Assembly: GCA_051747585.1 (NCBI GenBank)
Contig: JBNJGH010000001.1
Coordinates: 1-60,632, forward strand
Source: Candidatus Rifleibacteriota bacterium
GTDB lineage: Bacteria > Muiribacteriota > Ozemobacteria > Ozemobacterales > Ozemobacteraceae
DNA: 60,632 nucleotides
Reading direction: 5' to 3'
The notes beneath the pieces were generated by a model. The model searched no databases and was not told where the DNA came from. It saw only the letters and a list, made by a program, of their open reading frames with translations. Positions within the stretch are counted from its first letter, which is position 1; every line of letters starts with the position of its first letter. Both the position numbers and the translations under genes were made by a program. Positions 54,498 to 60,632 of this stretch are shown here, one piece after another.

Positions 54498-55331
54498 ATG
54501 AGCAAGCTCAGGCTTGGTTTAATAGCGGCAATATTAATAGCATCAGCTTTAACTGTTGGTTGCAACAGCTTTGAAGCTGTTAATCAAAGTTTGAACGAAA
54601 CAGACCGAACAACCCTTGTAAGCGAGGGTAATATTGCACTCGATGAAGGGCGTTTTGCCGGGGCATTGGAGCTTTTCGAAAGAGCCATGACAAAAGGTGG
54701 CGCAAATGATGCGACGCGTCGAGGTAGAGCGAGTGCTTTGGCCGGTCTTGGAGGGTTCAATCTTTTTTCGGTATTAGATATTATGCAAAACGGTACAATT
54801 CCCGGAGATTCGCCCGGAACCATTTTTGCAGCTTCATCAATAATCCAGGACCGGAAAAAATTAGATGAGGCTGTTTCAGAATTGTGGCAATTAAAGAATG
54901 TAACTGCCAATGATCGATTGCTGAAATCTTTGCTGGTCTCAATATCTTGCGCCAGAGAGATTGTGGAAAAATATGATACCAACTTTAACGGCTATCTTGA
55001 TAAATACGATGAAATTGATTTTGATACCAGAGACGAAAAAACTCGGACCTGGACTGAAATTTACAATGAGTTGACATCTTTAAGTGCGCAAAGATCCCTC
55101 GAGCTGGCTTTTGAAGATATGGCAAGAGCGCTTGATGGTCGGGGAGAAAGCTGGGTGCTTATTTCGCCGGTGCAGGGAAACAGATATTCGGGTATATACA
55201 GCCGAGCCAATCGCAACAGTATTCTGGCTCTGGTAAATTTTGTAGACAGTCTTGAAATAGCCGATGTTTATTTTGAAAATTCTAAAACCCGATTTAAAGA
55301 TTCTATTATGGCACTGGATGGGGCAGATTAA
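54498..55331 (+). CDS. Hypothetical lipoprotein with TPR-like helices and an EF-hand-like loop
   Basis: Lipobox TVG|C, 'EGNIALDEGRFAGALELFERA' and 'YDTNFNGYLDKYDE'. Confidence 0.75.
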   Translation: MSKLRLGLIAAILIASALTVGCNSFEAVNQSLNETDRTTLVSEGNIALDEGRFAGALELFERAMTKGGANDATRRGRASALAGLGGFNLFSVLDIMQNGTIPGDSPGTIFAASSIIQDRKKLDEAVSELWQLKNVTANDRLLKSLLVSISCAREIVEKYDTNFNGYLDKYDEIDFDTRDEKTRTWTEIYNELTSLSAQRSLELAFEDMARALDGRGESWVLISPVQGNRYSGIYSRANRNSILALVNFVDSLEIADVYFENSKTRFKDSIMALDGAD

Positions 55332-55333
55332 TT

Positions 55334-56443
55334 ATGCGTAAACATAGAGTAAAATTTTATTTAACCGCATTAGTTCTGCTGATATCTTGTGCAGGCTTCC
55401 TCGAAGGGGCGTCTTCGGTTGTTTACGAAACGGCGCGCACTCTTGCAATGGGTGGAGCCAGTGTGGCTGTCGCCGATGATCAGCAGGCTGTTTTCTCAAA
55501 TCCTGCTGGAATAGGTATGCAGAATGAAAAGTCATATTCATTTTTGAATGGGGTTGTTGCAAAAAATGATGATTATGATGAGGTAGACGATAAGATTTCG
55601 GTCTTAAATTCTGATGATAATGCCGGCTCGCGAAACACCAATCTTGCCAATATGCGCCAGATTGTCGGCAAAACCGGCTGGCAATCCTTTTCAAATTTAG
55701 CTTATTATATAGGTGGTCAGGGGTTTGCAATGGCCGCTTATTACCGAGAAACAGAAAATTTTGCTGTAAAAAACCCTGTGAGTCCCTACTTATCGTCGCA
55801 AATTAAAAAAGATACCCTGGTTTCGGGTTCTATGGCTCGATCTTTTACCGAACCTCACAATCTTTTCAGTGATCGGGCAACCGGTTGGTGGGGTGCAACC
55901 ATGAAGTTTGTTTCGCGCAAAGCTGCAGATAAAGTCTTTTATGCCCGAGACTTTGCCGCTCTTGACTCTTCGATAATAAAAAATACCAATCAAACCGGCG
56001 CAACTCTGGATTTCGATGCCGGGGCTCTCTGGCAGTTGAATAATCCGTGGAAGCCAACCATTGGAGTATTTGTCGGTAATCTTTTGAGTTCCGAATTTTC
56101 TTCAGAAATCGGGAATTTAAAAAGACAATTTGCTTTTGGTGCCTCTTTTCGTCCTCTCACCGGCCCGCCCGAGCGTAACGAAAAGTTGTTGCTGGCATTG
56201 GATTATCGCGACGAAGGCAATGACAAAGCGGCTCTGACTAAAGTCAGAATGGGGCTGGAAGCTAAAATTACATCGAATTTATATTTGCAAACCGGTTTCA
56301 GATCAGGATATTTGACCGGGGGCGCCTCTTTGCGCTGGCATGACTGGCGTTTTCAGTTCGCAACCTATTCAGAAGAACTTGGTAAAAATCCCGGTGACAA
56401 TGAAGATCGTCGTTATGCAATCTCGGCAGACTGGAAATTTTAA
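55334..56443 (+). CDS. Outer-membrane beta-barrel protein, FadL/PorV/TraF-like
   Basis: 'ARTLAMGGASVAVADDQQAVFSNPAGI' is the same N-terminal motif as in 25246-26211. C-terminal 'YAISADWKF'. Confidence 0.8.
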   Translation: MRKHRVKFYLTALVLLISCAGFLEGASSVVYETARTLAMGGASVAVADDQQAVFSNPAGIGMQNEKSYSFLNGVVAKNDDYDEVDDKISVLNSDDNAGSRNTNLANMRQIVGKTGWQSFSNLAYYIGGQGFAMAAYYRETENFAVKNPVSPYLSSQIKKDTLVSGSMARSFTEPHNLFSDRATGWWGATMKFVSRKAADKVFYARDFAALDSSIIKNTNQTGATLDFDAGALWQLNNPWKPTIGVFVGNLLSSEFSSEIGNLKRQFAFGASFRPLTGPPERNEKLLLALDYRDEGNDKAALTKVRMGLEAKITSNLYLQTGFRSGYLTGGASLRWHDWRFQFATYSEELGKNPGDNEDRRYAISADWKF

Positions 56444-56489
56444 ACTTTTTCTTGAAGTTTTAACAGTGCTGATATAAGCTTTTGCCACC

Positions 56490-57251
56490 ATGAACCACCC
56501 TCCGATAGATGTTGACGAACGAATAGATACTATTCCCGGAACCGACTTCAGTCTTATTCAAAAAATCGATGGTACCGCTTTTGCCATCGACACTTTGTTG
56601 CTGGCAAACTTTATCAGGTTTAATTCAGACATGCAGTTTGCTGCAGATCTGGGTTCCGGTAGTGGTATTTTGTCTTTTCTGCTTAAATACCGAAATTCAA
56701 ATTTGCAGATAACCGGGTTTGAGTTTCAGAAAGAATTTTACCAGCTTGCTTTGCGAAATCTCAAGTTGAATCCTCAATTCAATGAAGTTCATTTCGAGAA
56801 TATGGATGTCAGAGATATACCTTCGCAGCAGTTACCTGAATCTTTTGATCTTGTAGTCTCCAATCCGCCTTATTTCCCCAAGGGCAATGGCCGGCTTCCG
56901 ACGCGACCGGGCAGAGCGATGGCACGGCACGAGTTAAATGGCAGGCTTGAAGATTTTGTCGAAGCAGCGACCTATTTGCTTTCTTATGGCGGTAAGTTTT
57001 GTATGGTTATACCCAGCGGTAGATTTTATGAATCGCTTGACTATCTAAAAGCGGGGAATCTGGGGTTAAGGCGATTGCAGTTTATTCTTCCCAAAGAAGG
57101 CGAACAGTCTCATCTCGCTTTGATCGAAGCTGAGAGATTCTTTAACGGCAAACATGAAGCTGTTGCCAGCATAGCTATTCACAAAGCCGACGGTAGCTAT
57201 AGCGATGAGCTGAAACAGCTTTTTTCTGCCGGTTTAAAAATAGAGAAATAA
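56490..57251 (+). CDS. tRNA1(Val) A37 N6-methyltransferase-like (TrmN6/YfiC family)
   Basis: FAIDTLLLANF, DLGSGSG, SNPPYF and ARHE motifs. Confidence 0.85.
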   Translation: MNHPPIDVDERIDTIPGTDFSLIQKIDGTAFAIDTLLLANFIRFNSDMQFAADLGSGSGILSFLLKYRNSNLQITGFEFQKEFYQLALRNLKLNPQFNEVHFENMDVRDIPSQQLPESFDLVVSNPPYFPKGNGRLPTRPGRAMARHELNGRLEDFVEAATYLLSYGGKFCMVIPSGRFYESLDYLKAGNLGLRRLQFILPKEGEQSHLALIEAERFFNGKHEAVASIAIHKADGSYSDELKQLFSAGLKIEK

Positions 57252-57286
57252 AAAAACTGTTCCAGGTGCTGAACCCGGAACAGTTT
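57250..57286 (-). terminator. Terminator between convergent genes (U tract on the minus strand, for aclBA)
   Basis: AAACTGTTCC...GGAACAGTTT stem preceded by an A run on the plus strand. Confidence 0.75.
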
Positions 57287-57299
57287 GAACGTCTATTTA

Positions 57300-59144
57300 T
57301 TATTCTACCGTTGGTGGGAGATCATAGAGAATGTCATCCCATGGGTGGCGATAAAGTGGAGCTTTTTGTCTGTTTTGATCCATATAATGGCCAATCATAC
57401 CTATTGTTCTGCCAAGCAGGAAAAGTCCGTTGAGGCCACCGCTGTCGACAACTCCCTGGATTCTTTCTTCAGACCAGCCAAGGCCATACATCATATCTAC
57501 CGATAGAACTCCAATACAGCCATCCACATTGAGAATAAGCGTGTCTTTTTTGGCGGTAGTAAGTTTTTCGACTTCTATGGCGTAATCAAGCAATCTTGTT
57601 TCAGGAAAGTTTTTCTTTGCAAAATCTTTGAGTAAAACTACTCGCATATCAGGGTTTTTAAGGCTTTTAATTCTGTGGCCAATTCCCTGAATTTTAATGT
57701 TATTTTTTTTCATTTGAGCTATAAACTCGTCGGGTTTAAGCTCTCTTTCAGTGGCGTCTTTAAACATTACCGCCGCACCGGCTACAGCTCCGCCGAACCT
57801 GGGGCCAATGGTAAGAATGCCTGAGGCAACAGCACTCATAAGGTCTCTGCCGGCTCTCGCCGTAACTATGGCATTATGAGCGCCAGAAACTGCTGGGCCA
57901 TGGTCGGCGCAAAGCTTAATAACCATTTCCATGAACTGAGCGGCCCAGGGCGGCAATTTTTCTTTGAACCAGAGCAGGCCAATGGTTTCGCCGACAGAGT
58001 AATTTTCTTCGATTACTTTGCTTATTTTATGGCCGGCGTAAAGAAGTTCTTCTTTTGAGTCATCGGCAATGGTGCAGGTAAAATTGGTAGGTTTTCTAAC
58101 CATGTTTCTTGCTACTGCTTCGGCATAGTCCATGGGGATAACCGGAGGTTCTACTTCAGGAGCGGGTTTTACTTTTCCTTCGCTCACAAGCTTATCAAAA
58201 GTAGATTTGATTGCTTTATCGTAATCGTCAAATGAATCGGGAACAACTACTCCGGCTTCTTTGAGGCCGGCATTTTTTGCTTCGGCAGTTTCGCGGCTTG
58301 CATCGGCTTTGGCACCGGCATGGCCGAACTGAATTCCTTTGGGCATGTGCTTAATCGAGGTGCCGGTTACCCACATGATCAGTGGTTTTGAAATTTTACC
58401 GCTTTTAACAGCTTCGACTATTTTCCATTCTTCTTCGCCGCCAACTTCACCAAGGCAGACAAGCATTTTAATTGCAGGGTTGGCTTCATAGCGCAGCAGA
58501 TGGTCAAGCAGGGTTGAGCCGGGGAAAGCGTCACCGCCGATTGCTATGCCTTCAAATAGACCGTCGGTGTTGCGGGCAATGATGTTGTATGCTTCGTTAG
58601 ACATACCGCCGGATTTACTGACGAATCCGACAGAGCCGGGGCGGTGAAGTTTTGAGCTGATAATGTTTTCAATGGTCCCGCCTGTGTTGGCGACTTTAAA
58701 CGCGCCGGCAGCAAGTCCGCCCACTGTAGCCGGGCCGATGATGATTTTGTTTTTTTCTGCGGCAGCGTCTCTGATGTGTCTTGCAAGTCTTTCGGGAATG
58801 CCTTCGGCAATAACTACGATAGTGCGCAAACCAGGTTCGGCAATTGCCTCCATGGTCGAGTCGAATGAACTTCTAAAAGAGGCGAAGTTGATCATTACAT
58901 CTATTTCAGGGTGTTTGCTCAGCGCAGTTTTTATATCAGGATATACTGGAATAAAAATTTCTTTTTTGCCCCAGAATACTTTATGAATGCCGGACTTGCC
59001 AGGGTTTATCATTGCTCCGACAGAAGGGAACTCTCTGCGGCAGCAGTAGTCAAAATCGAGCATGCGCTGCACAGCTTTGGTCTGCATTCCATAAATTAAA
59101 GCGGTAGTGTTTTTATCGAAAAGCAAATAATCAGGTTTTTTCAT
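57300..59144 (-). CDS. aclA: ATP citrate lyase large subunit (CoA-binding, phospho-His and citryl-CoA lyase domains)
   Basis: QRMLDFDY, INFASFRS, IIGPATVGG, SKSGGMSNE, QFGHAGA (catalytic His), ADHGPAVSGAHN, GIGHRIKS and LNVDGCIG. Start placed at ATG 59144; the ORF track gives 59192. Confidence 0.95.
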   Translation of the reverse strand: MKKPDYLLFDKNTTALIYGMQTKAVQRMLDFDYCCRREFPSVGAMINPGKSGIHKVFWGKKEIFIPVYPDIKTALSKHPEIDVMINFASFRSSFDSTMEAIAEPGLRTIVVIAEGIPERLARHIRDAAAEKNKIIIGPATVGGLAAGAFKVANTGGTIENIISSKLHRPGSVGFVSKSGGMSNEAYNIIARNTDGLFEGIAIGGDAFPGSTLLDHLLRYEANPAIKMLVCLGEVGGEEEWKIVEAVKSGKISKPLIMWVTGTSIKHMPKGIQFGHAGAKADASRETAEAKNAGLKEAGVVVPDSFDDYDKAIKSTFDKLVSEGKVKPAPEVEPPVIPMDYAEAVARNMVRKPTNFTCTIADDSKEELLYAGHKISKVIEENYSVGETIGLLWFKEKLPPWAAQFMEMVIKLCADHGPAVSGAHNAIVTARAGRDLMSAVASGILTIGPRFGGAVAGAAVMFKDATERELKPDEFIAQMKKNNIKIQGIGHRIKSLKNPDMRVVLLKDFAKKNFPETRLLDYAIEVEKLTTAKKDTLILNVDGCIGVLSVDMMYGLGWSEERIQGVVDSGGLNGLFLLGRTIGMIGHYMDQNRQKAPLYRHPWDDILYDLPPTVE

Positions 59145-59166
59145 GTCTTGCTGTAGATTCCTTTCC

Positions 59167-60438
59167 TCAGGCGTTAAGAGCGTCTGAAACAACTCTTGTC
59201 ATATGATATTCGGGACCATGAACTTCAATTGGAACTCCAATTTTTTCGGAAGCTGCCTTGAGGTTTGCCAGCCCTTCCTGATAATTTGGTCCGCCACGTC
59301 TAACAAAAATTCTGGCGTTTACCGACTTGAGTTTGTCGCCATATTCGTTAAGTGCTTTTATAATGCCGGTAAATGTCTTGGCAACATCGGTAAAGTTGGC
59401 AATACCACCACCAAGAATCAGGGTTTTGGGGCGACCCTGAGAATCTTTTTTTCTGGTCATTAAATCAAGTATGACTTTTGCATATTCATAGGTAAGGTTT
59501 GTGCTTGGGTTACCTGAATATTCGCCATACATGGCCAGCTCTTTGGCAAATCCCAGATCACATACTGTGTCGGCATAAATTACTGATGCGCCGCCCCCGG
59601 CTACCATATTCCAGATTATTCCATCAGGGTTGAGCAGGGTAAGTTTTAAAGAAGCGCCTGACAGTGCGTCGAGTTCTCTTATTTTAATTTCTTCCGGACT
59701 CAAGTTCTGCCCGAACGCTGCGGGGAATTCAAGGTCTTCACCCCATGCTTTGCGACAAAGATATTCAGCTGTGTCGTCCAGTTTTCCTACCAGATCCAGG
59801 GGTATAATATTTTTGCCTGCTATGGCGAATGGATTAATTTCAAGATAAGCAAAATGCAGGTCAGCAAATAGCTGATACAAGCCTTTTAAAAAGTTGGCTA
59901 CCAGATTTTTGTTTTCTTTGAGTTCATCTGGAAGTTTCTCGGCGATATCTATATTTTTTAAACCTTCAAGAACGGGAACATGAATTGAAACAACTTTATC
60001 CCAGTTCTCTTCGACGTTTATGCCGCCTTCGAGCGAAAAATAAATTACATCGCCATCGGCAGATGTTTTGATTGCGGCGTAAAACTCATGTTCGTGTTCG
60101 ACACAAGGCTCGATAATAAAATGAGTTAAAGTTCCTTCTATGCCGTTAACTGTTTGTTTTTTGCCCAGTCTCTCTTTAATCCAGTTCTGGGTTTCGGCAA
60201 AATCTTTATTTACCAGAACAAGACCGTGTTTGCCACGTTTGCCGAACAACTGGTCGGGTTTGGCAACCAGTTTTTCTTTGGTCAGCCAGGGGTTGTCTTG
60301 TTGTAGTTTTTCCCAGTCTGTGTCTTTGCTAACCAAGACGATTTTTCCGTCATAACCAATGCTGTCTTCAAGATAGGCATCCAGATGCCTGGCAAGCAGT
60401 TTCTTGCCGTGATATTCCCTGATTCCTCGTTGAGCCAT
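59167..60438 (-). CDS. aclB: ATP citrate lyase small subunit (ATP-grasp plus citrate-binding domain)
   Basis: MAQRGIREYHGK, KPDQLFGKRGK, YLEINP, MVAGGGASVIYADT, GGGIANFTDVAKTF and RRGGPNYQEGL. Confidence 0.95.
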   Translation of the reverse strand: MAQRGIREYHGKKLLARHLDAYLEDSIGYDGKIVLVSKDTDWEKLQQDNPWLTKEKLVAKPDQLFGKRGKHGLVLVNKDFAETQNWIKERLGKKQTVNGIEGTLTHFIIEPCVEHEHEFYAAIKTSADGDVIYFSLEGGINVEENWDKVVSIHVPVLEGLKNIDIAEKLPDELKENKNLVANFLKGLYQLFADLHFAYLEINPFAIAGKNIIPLDLVGKLDDTAEYLCRKAWGEDLEFPAAFGQNLSPEEIKIRELDALSGASLKLTLLNPDGIIWNMVAGGGASVIYADTVCDLGFAKELAMYGEYSGNPSTNLTYEYAKVILDLMTRKKDSQGRPKTLILGGGIANFTDVAKTFTGIIKALNEYGDKLKSVNARIFVRRGGPNYQEGLANLKAASEKIGVPIEVHGPEYHMTRVVSDALNA

Positions 60439-60485
60439 TGAATAATAATCTCCTGTTAAATAATGAAATTTAGGCTGGTCTAATG

Positions 60486-60515
60486 GGTATAGCGCTTAAT
60501 AAAAGCGCATGTCAA
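60486..60515 (-). promoter_or_regulatory. Putative sigma70 promoter for aclBA with an inverted repeat in the spacer
   Basis: The minus strand reads TTGACA-N18-TATACC. The spacer contains GCGCTT-N5-AAGCGC. Confidence 0.45.
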
Positions 60516-60632
60516 GTATTCTTTAAAAGTAAAAAAGGTTGGAAATTTTCTGGTCGCAAAACTGCTTTCAAAAAAATGATGTGGCGGTTGGGATCAAGAA
60601 AAAATCATGTTTAGTGCTTTGTTTAACTTTTG

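Noticed and set aside
55334..56443. TraF-like barrel as a sign of a conjugative element
   Set aside because: No other tra/T4SS, relaxase or integrase genes are present, and the context is chromosomal housekeeping.
59145..59192. N-terminal extension of aclA given by the ORF track
   Set aside because: It overlaps the aclB 3' end. ATG 59144, downstream of AGGAAAGGA, fits better.

Overview
Bacterial chromosomal window from a probable diderm, since it encodes outer-membrane beta-barrels and lipoproteins. The gene content looks to me like a candidate-phylum anaerobe such as Ca. Riflebacteria, but that is inference only. The left 26 kb is a cell-surface locus. Two paralogous giant secreted Ig-like-repeat proteins (3955 and 3273 aa) both end in a T9SS-type-A/FlgD-like C-terminal domain (xPNP...YDVSG...WD...VANGVYFARI...AVLR*). 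Each is followed directly by a paralogous TPR lipoprotein, and a PorV/PorQ-family barrel comes next. Downstream lie a STAS protein, aroE, pilB (MshEN), pilT, an LtaS-like transferase, a type IV pilin and a prepilin-peptidase homolog lacking catalytic Asp. A second lipoprotein + barrel pair lies at 54.5-56.4 kb. Sigma28-like promoter motifs precede both giants, the PorV-like gene and this second pair. The right half has housekeeping and signalling genes: rpe, a split and apparently dead PrkC-like pseudokinase + PASTA protein, rlmN, an MCP, tsaC, prmC, prfA, PNP, a solute-binding protein-diguanylate cyclase pair, fetAB and ATP citrate lyase aclBA. Intergenic DNA carries nested REP-like palindromes, including a perfect 64-bp palindrome. 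I saw no rRNA, tRNA, CRISPR array or transposase. All calls come from motif recognition by eye, with no database searches.
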